DNA of 64,000 nt from a bacterium (lineage in GTDB: Bacteria; Zhuqueibacterota; Zhuqueibacteria; Residuimicrobiales; Krinioviventaceae). The stretch spans positions 2,048,001 through 2,112,000 of the forward strand of contig OY843751.1 of assembly GCA_963693055.1 (NCBI GenBank). The letters are read 5' to 3'. Positions 38,099 to 47,227 of the stretch are shown one piece after another. Both the position numbers and the translations under genes were made by a program. The notes beneath the pieces were generated by a model, which saw only the letters and a program-made list of their open reading frames with translations, made no database searches and was not told the origin of the DNA. The first letter of the stretch is position 1. Every line of letters starts with the position of its first letter.

Positions 38099-39352
38099 TT
38101 ACTCCAATCCATGTATCTGCCAACTCAAATTACGGTCAAAAATCACTTTTCCTTTTTTGATGACCTGTTCAACCTGAGGTTCTCCATAAAAATAGATCAG
38201 ATTCTGATAATTGTTTGATTCGAGTACCATTAAATCTGCCTGCCATCCCGGTGCAATGCATCCAACATTATCTCTTCCCAATGCATAAGCGCCATTTTGT
38301 GTGGCTGCTGATACAGCTTCAGGCATAGAAAAACCCATTTGGGTGCAGGCTAGATTCAGTATTAATGGCATATTGAGAGTCATGCAGCTACCGGGATTAA
38401 AATCTGTTGCCAGAACCGGAATACATCCGGTATTTAAAATCTTTCGTCCTGGTGCATATGGGATTTTTAGAAACAATGATACTCCAGGAAGCATGGTTGC
38501 ACAGATATCTGTACCTGCCAGCATGGCAATATCTGTATCATCTAACGTTTCCAAATGTTCAACTGCAACAGCACCCATTTCAATTGCTCCCTGAATGCCG
38601 CCAATATTGTTAAACTGGTTCGTATGCATACGGGGGATCAATCCGATTTTTTTTGCTTCGCAAAATATGTCCAGAGATTCCTGTACTGAGAAATATCCCA
38701 GTTCACAAAACAGATCACAAAAATCTGCCATTAATGCGGCTTCTGGCATCATTTCCATGATCTCTTGGATATAATCAGATTTTGATTTGTCTGGGGGAAT
38801 TGCATGAGCACCTAAAAATGTAGAGGTTATTTCGACTGGCTGGATCTCTTTGAGTTTGTCTATCACTCGAAGGATTTTTAATTCTGTATCTCTATCCAAG
38901 CCATAACCACTTTTGATCTCTATGCTGGTGGTCCCATGTCTTACTGCTTTTTGCAAATACATCAATCCACGTTTTACAAGCTCTTCCTGTGACATGCGGC
39001 GGGTTGCGTTGACAGTACTTAAAATACCGCCACCTTGATTGGCAATCTCTTCATAAGAAAGACCGGAACAGCGTTGTGCAAATTCATTTTCTCGGTGTCC
39101 GCCAAAAACCAGATGGGTGTGTGAATCTACAAATCCCGGTAAAACAGCTTTGCCATCGGCATCAATGATTTGACAATCGCTTGTTATCAGTGGTAATAGT
39201 TCATCGACAGGGGCTATTGTCTGTATAATATCATCCTGGATGAATATGGAGGTGTCAGAATATTCGGTCAGTTGTTTGATGGCCTCACCACGTAACTCAC
39301 CTGGTTTGGGAGTGACAATCTGTGATGCGTTTTTTATTAGCAGAGATGACAT
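38099..39352 (-). CDS. hutI: Imidazolonepropionase
   Basis: PGFVDSHTHLVF, EIKSGYGL, FLGAHA, LATDFNPGS. Confidence 0.95.
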   Translation of the reverse strand: MSSLLIKNASQIVTPKPGELRGEAIKQLTEYSDTSIFIQDDIIQTIAPVDELLPLITSDCQIIDADGKAVLPGFVDSHTHLVFGGHRENEFAQRCSGLSYEEIANQGGGILSTVNATRRMSQEELVKRGLMYLQKAVRHGTTSIEIKSGYGLDRDTELKILRVIDKLKEIQPVEITSTFLGAHAIPPDKSKSDYIQEIMEMMPEAALMADFCDLFCELGYFSVQESLDIFCEAKKIGLIPRMHTNQFNNIGGIQGAIEMGAVAVEHLETLDDTDIAMLAGTDICATMLPGVSLFLKIPYAPGRKILNTGCIPVLATDFNPGSCMTLNMPLILNLACTQMGFSMPEAVSAATQNGAYALGRDNVGCIAPGWQADLMVLESNNYQNLIYFYGEPQVEQVIKKGKVIFDRNLSWQIHGLE

Positions 39353-39364
39353 TGTATTTCCATT

Positions 39365-41050
39365 TTATTGGATTTTTGAATTAACAATACTTAGAATTTC
39401 CCGTTCCATAACATTGGTTTGGGTTTCCAGTTCATCACAATCTTGCAGTAAAACGTCTACAAATGCTTTATCTTTACACCCAGCTGCATTGATTTTTACA
39501 TTGAGGTGCGCACCCATGACTGCTGAACGGGCGGCAAGCGCAGCAACACCTGCATCGGAAACAGAGTTGGGATTCCCAATCTCTGCCATGGCTTTTATAC
39601 TAGTCATGGATTCAAATGTTTTTCTCATTACCCGATAGGGGATCTCTATTGCAAATTTTGTTGCATCCTGAATGGCCTGGCTTCGTTCAGCTTTTTCTTC
39701 ATCCGTTTTCTTTGGCATAGCAAAAGCTTTCATCATGCCATTAAACGCTCTTGTATCTTCATCTACAAGAAATAACAACTCGGCATAACAGGCTTTGGCC
39801 TTTTCTGCCCAGTCTGAGAATTCCTGCCAGCGGTCGTCCCAGCCGCGTTTATGAGATGACAGGTTGGCAACCATTGCAGCAAGCGCAGCGCCAAATGCAC
39901 CCATAGCCGCTGAAATGGATCCACCGCCCGGCGCAGGAGCTTCGGAAGCGGTTAACTCTGTAAAATTCTCTAGTGTAAGATCTTTAAGGCCTTTTTCTTT
40001 ATCCTTGTTCATTGCATATTCAATAATCTTTTCTTCAGGAACAAAGGGACCCAGTTCATCCAGTCCCATTGATTTTATTGCAATTTTTATCAGTTCATTG
40101 TCAGATACACCGGTTGAACGCTGTTGCTTTTTGAGAAAATATTTTCCGGCATCCAACATGGACTGTAAAGGGATGAGCCCAACCAGTTCTGAGCCGGTCA
40201 CCCGAATGCCTCGTGCATCTGCTTTTTTACAGACCTCATCAAATGCCATATGTACGGGAGTGACCTTGAGGTTGGTTAAATTCATAGAGATTTGTGCTAT
40301 ACCATATTCCTCAATATACCAGCCGATGCCTTTGACGCATTTCAAAGAACCCGGAATCATAACAGGATTCCCTTTTTCGTCTTTAACAACAGCACCCGTG
40401 AGTGGGTTGCCCTCTCTTTTGATACGGCCTTTTTCACGTACATCAAATGCAATGGCATTAGCTCTGCGGGTAGAGGTTGTATTGAGGTTTACATTATAAG
40501 CCACCAGAAAGTCCCTGGCGCCCACAGCAGTTGCTCCTGATCTGGAATTGAATTCAGTGGGGCCGAAATCGGGTTTTCCTTCAAGAGTTTTGATTTTATC
40601 TTTCAATCCTTCATATTCACCAGATCGGCAATACGCCAGATTTCTACGCTTTTCATCGAGTGCGGCATATTCATAACAATATATATGTATACCCAGTTCT
40701 TTACCCAATCGCTTGGCAAGTTTGTGTGCATATTCTACGGTTTCTTCCATGCTGATATTTGCAACAGGGATAAGCGGACAGACATCCATCGCACCAAAAC
40801 GCGGATGTTCGCCTTTGTGCTTTGACATATCTATCACTTCAGTTGCTTTTTTTGCTGCTCTAAATGCAGCTTCGCATACCGCATCCGGAGAACCGACAAA
40901 GGTCACTACTGTCCGGTTCGTAGAAAAACCAGGGTCTACATCTAATAGTTTTACTCCATCAACAGATTCAACCTGGTCAGTGATCTGTTTTATAACTGCC
41001 ATGTCACGGCCTTGACTAAAATTGGGAACACATTCTATTAATTGCTGCAC
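39365..41050 (-). CDS. ftcD: Bifunctional glutamate formiminotransferase/formiminotetrahydrofolate cyclodeaminase
   Basis: IECVPNFSQGR, GEHPRFGAMDVCP, AQISMNL, and C-terminal APGGGS...NVKIN cyclodeaminase domain. Confidence 0.95.
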   Translation of the reverse strand: MQQLIECVPNFSQGRDMAVIKQITDQVESVDGVKLLDVDPGFSTNRTVVTFVGSPDAVCEAAFRAAKKATEVIDMSKHKGEHPRFGAMDVCPLIPVANISMEETVEYAHKLAKRLGKELGIHIYCYEYAALDEKRRNLAYCRSGEYEGLKDKIKTLEGKPDFGPTEFNSRSGATAVGARDFLVAYNVNLNTTSTRRANAIAFDVREKGRIKREGNPLTGAVVKDEKGNPVMIPGSLKCVKGIGWYIEEYGIAQISMNLTNLKVTPVHMAFDEVCKKADARGIRVTGSELVGLIPLQSMLDAGKYFLKKQQRSTGVSDNELIKIAIKSMGLDELGPFVPEEKIIEYAMNKDKEKGLKDLTLENFTELTASEAPAPGGGSISAAMGAFGAALAAMVANLSSHKRGWDDRWQEFSDWAEKAKACYAELLFLVDEDTRAFNGMMKAFAMPKKTDEEKAERSQAIQDATKFAIEIPYRVMRKTFESMTSIKAMAEIGNPNSVSDAGVAALAARSAVMGAHLNVKINAAGCKDKAFVDVLLQDCDELETQTNVMEREILSIVNSKIQ

Positions 41051-41183
41051 AAGATCTCCTGTTTTTTTGCGGACTATTCAATACACCCGACCGCTAACTG
41101 GCGGTTGTGAATTCATGGTCCAGAATCATGAAATACTATTTTTTCAATAAATTCAAGTTCATTCAATTTTTTAATTTTTTCTC

Positions 41184-41206
41184 GTGCCAAGGCTCAGCCT
41201 TGGTAC
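41184..41206. repeat. REP-like palindrome between hutU and ftcD
   Basis: GTGCCAAGGCT-C-AGCCTTGGTAC. Confidence 0.55.
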
Positions 41207-41260
41207 ATTATATTGTTAAAGGGTTTTAGAACAGAGACCCTTAACCAGGAATATTACATA

Positions 41261-43303
41261 CTATGTATTTGCATTCTTGACAGTTTTGTTGATCAATGTA
41301 TCATCAGCAATATGGGGCAGGGTTATATGGTCCTGTCCCTTTCGCAAGTCGTTATATTGTTTAACGGTTTCGATTGAATTCGGATTTCTGGCCCAAGCAC
41401 GTCTGGCTACACCACCCATAACATCCCAGGGGATGGCTTGTTGAATGATTTCGTCAATACGTTCACTGCCATCCAGCACCAGTCCGAATCCACCATTAAT
41501 GGCTTTGCCTATGCCCACTCCGCCGCCATTGTGCAGAGCGATAAGGCTCATACCTCGTGCAGCATTACCGGCAAAGCACTGTGTTGCCATGTCTGCCATA
41601 ATGTTACTGCCATCTTTAATGTTAGAGGTTTCGCGATAGGGAGAATCTGTTCCACCCGTGTCGTGATGGTCACGTCCAATCATTACCGGACCAATCTCTT
41701 TATTTCGTACCATCTCGTTGAATTTCAGTGCAATATTCATACGTCCCAGTGCATCCTGATAGAGGATACGGGCCTGCGTGCCTACCACCAGTTTGTTTTT
41801 CATGGCGTCACGGATCCAGATATAGTTGTCCCGGTCCTGGAACCTGCGATTAGGATCAATACACTCCATAGCAGCATGATCGGTTTTTATAAGATCAGAT
41901 TCCTCACCGCTCAGGCACACCCACCGAAAGGGACCATATCCGTAATCGAATAACATGGGGCCCATGATATCTTCAACATAAGAGGGAAAGATGAATCCAT
42001 CCAGAGTGTCGCGACCGTTTTTACAGACCGCAGTAGCTCCGGTGTCAAAAACGGCTTTTAAAAAGCTGTTGCCATAGTCAAAGAAATAGGTGCCTTGTTC
42101 AGCAAGAGATTGTACAAGCTGAAAATGGATTTGCAGACTTTTATCAACCAAAACGTTGAATTGCTTGCGATCTGTTTTTAAAAGTTCGGTGCGGTCCTGA
42201 AATGTTAAACCCTTAGGACAATAACCGCCTTCATATACTGCATGGCAGGAGGTTTGATCTGACAAAAGATCGATAGGTACCTTGTTATCAACTGCATATT
42301 TTATAAGATCCACAACATTTCCATAAAAGGCAATAGCGTGGCCTTGTTTTTTTGATTTATAAACCTCGGCTGTTGAAAAAGCTTTTGCGGGATCATCAAT
42401 GACCTCGCTTACCCATCCTTGTTCATGGCGGGTTTGAATGCGGGAGGGGTCCACCTCTGCAATGATGCAAACACCATTGGCAATCTCAACCGCTTTACCT
42501 TGTGCACCGCTCATACCTCCGAGTCCAGACGATACAAACAACACACCGCTCAGATCGGCATCATCCGCTAATCCCAGTTTGAGTCGTGCCGCATTTAGAA
42601 CGGTATTGTATGTACCATGCACAATTCCTTGCGGGCCTATGTACATCCAGCCGCCAGCAGTCATTTGCCCATAGTTGGCAACACCAATAGCCGCGGCGCG
42701 GTTCCAGTTTTCCTGATCGTCAAACATGCCAACCATCAAGGCATTGGTAATAATCACTCTTGGTGCATGAGGTGAGGACTTGAACAATCCCAACGGATGC
42801 CCCGATTCTACAACCAGTGTTTGTTCTGGTGTAATAACTTGCAGGTATCTTTTAATTAGCTGATACTGCATCCAGTTCTGACATACCTGACCGGTTTCGC
42901 CATAGGTTACCAGCTCGTAGGGATAAAGCGCAACAGCAAAATCGAGATTATTGTCTATCATGAGCTGAAATGCTTTGCCCTCAATACATTGTCCTGTATA
43001 TTCATCAACAGGCTTTCCATATAAATTGCCCGATGGACGAAACCGGTAACCATAAATACGACCGGTGGATTGCAGTTCATCCATGAATTCCGTTGCCAGT
43101 TGTTCGTGCCATTTTTCAGGAATGTAACGTAATGCATTTCGCAGAGCCAGTTCTTTGTCCTGTTCGGTTAAATTGGCGAAACGTTTGGGCGCACGCCGAA
43201 TACCGGGTTTGAATTTTGGCAGTGATGGCAGTTCTATATAGATGTTTTCAAGGGAAATGGAATTAGAAAAATTTGAATTGTTGGACTTCATCGCTCTCCC
43301 CAT
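41261..43303 (-). CDS. hutU: Urocanate hydratase (long form)
   Basis: YPYELVTYG, GQMTAGGWMYIGPQGIVHGT, SDQTSCH, GRDHHD, HNGGGVG. Confidence 0.97.
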   Translation of the reverse strand: MGRAMKSNNSNFSNSISLENIYIELPSLPKFKPGIRRAPKRFANLTEQDKELALRNALRYIPEKWHEQLATEFMDELQSTGRIYGYRFRPSGNLYGKPVDEYTGQCIEGKAFQLMIDNNLDFAVALYPYELVTYGETGQVCQNWMQYQLIKRYLQVITPEQTLVVESGHPLGLFKSSPHAPRVIITNALMVGMFDDQENWNRAAAIGVANYGQMTAGGWMYIGPQGIVHGTYNTVLNAARLKLGLADDADLSGVLFVSSGLGGMSGAQGKAVEIANGVCIIAEVDPSRIQTRHEQGWVSEVIDDPAKAFSTAEVYKSKKQGHAIAFYGNVVDLIKYAVDNKVPIDLLSDQTSCHAVYEGGYCPKGLTFQDRTELLKTDRKQFNVLVDKSLQIHFQLVQSLAEQGTYFFDYGNSFLKAVFDTGATAVCKNGRDTLDGFIFPSYVEDIMGPMLFDYGYGPFRWVCLSGEESDLIKTDHAAMECIDPNRRFQDRDNYIWIRDAMKNKLVVGTQARILYQDALGRMNIALKFNEMVRNKEIGPVMIGRDHHDTGGTDSPYRETSNIKDGSNIMADMATQCFAGNAARGMSLIALHNGGGVGIGKAINGGFGLVLDGSERIDEIIQQAIPWDVMGGVARRAWARNPNSIETVKQYNDLRKGQDHITLPHIADDTLINKTVKNANT

Positions 43304-43420
43304 AGCTTAATTAATAGGGAATAAGGAAGGATTGGTGTTTTTGCAAAACCCGTGATTATCATGAATAATAACCGGTCCCGTAAATTTGACAGATCAAAGC
43401 GATAATCAATTGACAATGAG

Positions 43421-43449
43421 AATATAACGGGTGTGGATGCAAAAGTCAA
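43421..43449 (-). promoter_or_regulatory. Sigma70 promoter of the hut operon
   Basis: TTGACT-N17-TATATT on the minus strand. Confidence 0.7.
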
Positions 43450-43554
43450 TGATTTTTCAGATTAAATCAAACGTATCAATTGATAAATAAATGGCAGATT
43501 TGACGAATTTGTATTATATTAAACATGGTCGTTTTTAAAAAATAAGAGCCTGAA

Positions 43555-44451
43555 ATGAAAAAAATCGTTTTAATAGCTTTACTTTTTGTATCTGTTTGTT
43601 TATTTCAATTACTCTTTGGATGCAAGAATACACAATCTGAGATGAATATGGAATTCCACTGGCAGGCACATCGTGGTGGTGGGCTTTATGATGCTCCGGA
43701 TAACAGTGTAGCTGCGTTTTTATATACCTGGAAACTCGGAGGTATCCCGGAAGCGGATATTCGCAAAACATCGGATAACGTTATAATTTGTTTGCATGAT
43801 GGTACTTTGGCCCGTACTTGTAATGCGCCTGATGATATAAAAAATGTATCTGTTTCAGAGTTGTCATTTAAGCAGCTACAAAAACATGATATTGGCGTGT
43901 CGTTTAGCCAGGATTATAAAGGCGAATTTGTCCCGTCTCTAAAACAGGTTTTTGAGCTGATGCAGAACCATCCTGACCGTCAATTATATTTGGATATCAA
44001 AGATGTGGATTTGCAGCAATTGGGTCAAATGATCAATAATTACAAAGTCGGTCCGCAAATTCTTGTTTGCAGTCCCAGACAGGATGATTGCAAAACGCTC
44101 AAAGCTGTAGCTGGTGGGGTACGCTCCATGTTGTGGATGGGAGGGACAGCAAAGGAAATTAAAAGCAAGTTCTATGCTGCCCAAGAATCAGGATTTGAAG
44201 GACTGGATCAGGTACAGCTCCACCTCAATGATCTTAAAGGGACGAATGCATGGCGTTATCAGTTGAATGCTGACTTTGTGAAAAAGGCACTAGAGATTTC
44301 AAATGCATCTGGCATTGATTTGGAGGTGTTTCCTTTTCATTTCGAGGAAAAGGATGTGTTTGCGTTGTTTGATATGGGAATTCGCTGGTTTGCTACCGAT
44401 GAACCCGGACGATTCAGTCAGGCTATTGAAAACTGGAAAAAATCGTTATAA
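43555..44451 (+). CDS. Glycerophosphodiester phosphodiesterase family lipoprotein
   Basis: AHRGG...PDNS, EADIRKTSD...HD, YLDIK, ATDEP; lipobox FGC. Confidence 0.88.
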   Translation: MKKIVLIALLFVSVCLFQLLFGCKNTQSEMNMEFHWQAHRGGGLYDAPDNSVAAFLYTWKLGGIPEADIRKTSDNVIICLHDGTLARTCNAPDDIKNVSVSELSFKQLQKHDIGVSFSQDYKGEFVPSLKQVFELMQNHPDRQLYLDIKDVDLQQLGQMINNYKVGPQILVCSPRQDDCKTLKAVAGGVRSMLWMGGTAKEIKSKFYAAQESGFEGLDQVQLHLNDLKGTNAWRYQLNADFVKKALEISNASGIDLEVFPFHFEEKDVFALFDMGIRWFATDEPGRFSQAIENWKKSL

Positions 44452-44618
44452 AAAATACCCAAATGTATAGAAATTCATTTTCAGGTATTATCTTTTTACT
44501 TTCTTTTTGTCAGTATCATTTGTGAAAATAATTCTACATATACCCCTAATCAGGAAAATACTGGAGATTTTTCAAGTCTATACAAGAATTAATTACTAAA
44601 AATGTATAAAGGTCTATC

Positions 44619-45881
44619 ATGAAAAGAGAATTGAAATGTATTATTAACGTAATTGTTCTAGCCACTATTCTGACAGTGTTATCGATAGTGCAGGTATTTG
44701 CGCAATCAAATTTTCCTACAAATTTTCCAGACAGAATTGTCTTAAACTTGACAGAAGATCCGTCTACTTCCATGGCAGTTACTTGGCGTACTGATACAAC
44801 CATTGTAGCTGGTTATTGTGAATTACAGCCAGCTTCTGATACCCGGATAAATCCTCAAGAGAGTAAATCTTTTAAAGCACAAACAACCAGATTCGAATTT
44901 TTTCCTGAAAAAGAAATTCCTGAATATGCAAATCAGCATTCACAAATATTAACAGGACTGGAACCCGATTCTAAATATATATATCGTGTTGGAAACGACA
45001 AATATTGGAGTGAATGGTTTCAATTTCAAACTCCTTCAGATATTGGAAACAAATTCTCTTTTATTTATTTTGGCGATCCTCAAACAAGTTTAAAATCGGA
45101 ATGTTCAAGAGTAATCCGCAATGCCTTTCAGCAATGTCCCAATAGCGGGTTTATGCTTTATGGGGGAGATTTGATAAACCACGCGGGAAGTGATACAGAA
45201 TGGCAAGGTTGGTTTGATGCTGGTTCTTTTATTTATGCAACTATACCACAAATTATGACTCCAGGGAACCATGACTATCAGGATTTATTGCTGGATCCTC
45301 ACTGGAACGCACAATTTACGCTCCCCCCAAACGGACCTAGTGGACTGGAAGGGACATGCTATTTTGTTGATTATGAAGATCTGCGCCTAATATCCATTGA
45401 TTCTGCAACTGACAATGAGTTGGAACATGAATCTGGTGCTGCAATGACATCACAGAAAATTTGGCTTGATTCTGTATTGACTTATAATACTAAAAAATGG
45501 ACAATTCTTACAACTCACCTACCGTTCTACTCTCCAAAAGAGAGTAGGGACAATAAACATCTCAGAACACATTTTCAACCAATCATTGAAAAGCATGGTG
45601 TTGATATGGTTCTTACAGGTCATGACCATTCTTATGGCAGAGGAACAGCAACTGATAATCCTGATATTCAACCGTCAATCGTTTATGTTGTATCCGTATG
45701 TGGTCCTAAATTATATCCGGCGGGAGATAAGGAATGGATGCAAAAGAGCATTTCGTATACACAGCTCTATCAGGTAATTTCAATAGATAAAAATATTCTT
45801 TCTTATAAAGCATATTCAGCAAGTGGGGAACTGGTTGATGAGTTTGTATTGGAAAAAGATGATACACCGAAAAACAATTAA
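44619..45881 (+). CDS. Purple acid phosphatase-like protein (FN3 + metallophosphoesterase)
   Basis: PDRIVLN...AVTWRT, FGDPQ, GGDL, PGNHD, LTGHDHSY. Confidence 0.9.
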   Translation: MKRELKCIINVIVLATILTVLSIVQVFAQSNFPTNFPDRIVLNLTEDPSTSMAVTWRTDTTIVAGYCELQPASDTRINPQESKSFKAQTTRFEFFPEKEIPEYANQHSQILTGLEPDSKYIYRVGNDKYWSEWFQFQTPSDIGNKFSFIYFGDPQTSLKSECSRVIRNAFQQCPNSGFMLYGGDLINHAGSDTEWQGWFDAGSFIYATIPQIMTPGNHDYQDLLLDPHWNAQFTLPPNGPSGLEGTCYFVDYEDLRLISIDSATDNELEHESGAAMTSQKIWLDSVLTYNTKKWTILTTHLPFYSPKESRDNKHLRTHFQPIIEKHGVDMVLTGHDHSYGRGTATDNPDIQPSIVYVVSVCGPKLYPAGDKEWMQKSISYTQLYQVISIDKNILSYKAYSASGELVDEFVLEKDDTPKNN

Positions 45882-45952
45882 CTAATGTATATACAATAAT
45901 ATATCCAGTAATACATTTATCAAAATGAAAATTGAAAAATCCAGGAGTTGAA

Positions 45953-47191
45953 ATGAAAAAAAAAGTCATAATAATTCTTATAGCTTTACTTTTTGTTACT
46001 GCATGTCAACAATCCAGGTCTCCAATAACAATTGATATATCTAATAATTGGAAATTCTCACCTGATGAGAATAACATTGGCACATCTGAGAGTTGGTATT
46101 CCATTAATTTTGATGACTCTGACTGGGCGGTCATTGATGCCGGGAAGAGATGGGAAGATTTGGGCTATCGTGATTTGGATGGCTTTGGCTGGTATAGAAA
46201 AACCTTTGACATTCCGGCGGATTGGAAGGGTAAAAAAATATGGCTAAGAATTGAAGCTGTTAATGATGCTTACGAATTGTTTATAAATGGTAAAAGTGTG
46301 AGCTATTTCGGTTCAGCAAATATAAGTGTAGCTACACGACCTACTTTTACAGAGATCAGTAAAAATGTCAACTATGGTGAAAGCAATGTTGTTGCAATCC
46401 AGGTTAATGATTGGGGGAACAGTGGAGGATTGTGGAGATTGCCGGTTATTCTGACAACTGATGAAGAAAAAGCTACAAGTATTTTTAATCCAATGTCGGA
46501 TACATGCTATACAGCCGAAAGTCTGGGGTATCAACTCGTTTGGGAGGATAATTTTGACGGTGATAAACTTGATCCTGATAAATGGGGTTATCGGGGTACC
46601 GGACCTCGCAGAATTGGTTATAATTCGCCCGATGCAGTAAAAATTCATGATGGTTTTCTTGAACTCCTGGCCATTGAAAGCGGAGACAGTGTCAAGGCCG
46701 GAATGATCAGCACGATGAACCGTTTTATGCCTACTTTTGGTTATTTTGAATGCCGTGCGCAATTGCAAAAGTCAAAGGGAGTGTGGGCAGCATTTTGGAT
46801 TCAGTCTCCCAAAATTTCACAGGGAGAAGACCCTGCAACATTTGGTACGGAAATAGATATCTTTGAATATTTCAAAGAGGCAGGTGAAGATATGATTATG
46901 CATAATCTTCATTGGGCTTATGGCCCCAACCAGAAAACTATTGGAGGCAGACAGAGTCATGTTAAAGGCCTGCACGAGGGATTTCATACGTTTGCTCTGG
47001 AATGGACGCCTGAAAAATATGCGTTTTTTGTTGATGGTTACAAGTATTATGAAATCAGAGAAGCCATATCTCACATAGAAGAAGAAATTATCCTCAGTAT
47101 GGAACTCCCAGCTACACAGGAAGCATTAAAAGAGACAGTTTTTCCCGATACTTTTAAAGTAGATTGGGTCAGAGTATATCAAAAGAAATAG
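45953..47191 (+). CDS. GH16 glycoside hydrolase lipoprotein with N-terminal GH2_N-like sugar-binding domain
   Basis: Lipobox VTAC, GWYRK module, WAAFW, catalytic EIDIFE, FHTFALEW. Confidence 0.9.
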   Translation: MKKKVIIILIALLFVTACQQSRSPITIDISNNWKFSPDENNIGTSESWYSINFDDSDWAVIDAGKRWEDLGYRDLDGFGWYRKTFDIPADWKGKKIWLRIEAVNDAYELFINGKSVSYFGSANISVATRPTFTEISKNVNYGESNVVAIQVNDWGNSGGLWRLPVILTTDEEKATSIFNPMSDTCYTAESLGYQLVWEDNFDGDKLDPDKWGYRGTGPRRIGYNSPDAVKIHDGFLELLAIESGDSVKAGMISTMNRFMPTFGYFECRAQLQKSKGVWAAFWIQSPKISQGEDPATFGTEIDIFEYFKEAGEDMIMHNLHWAYGPNQKTIGGRQSHVKGLHEGFHTFALEWTPEKYAFFVDGYKYYEIREAISHIEEEIILSMELPATQEALKETVFPDTFKVDWVRVYQKK

Positions 47192-47227
47192 TTTATTACA
47201 GTTATTTTTTAAGAGAATGGAGAAGAA

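Noticed and set aside
39864-40499. 211-aa plus-strand ORF and similar antisense ORFs across the hut operon and other genes
   Set aside because: Shadow frames of well-supported genes on the opposite strand.
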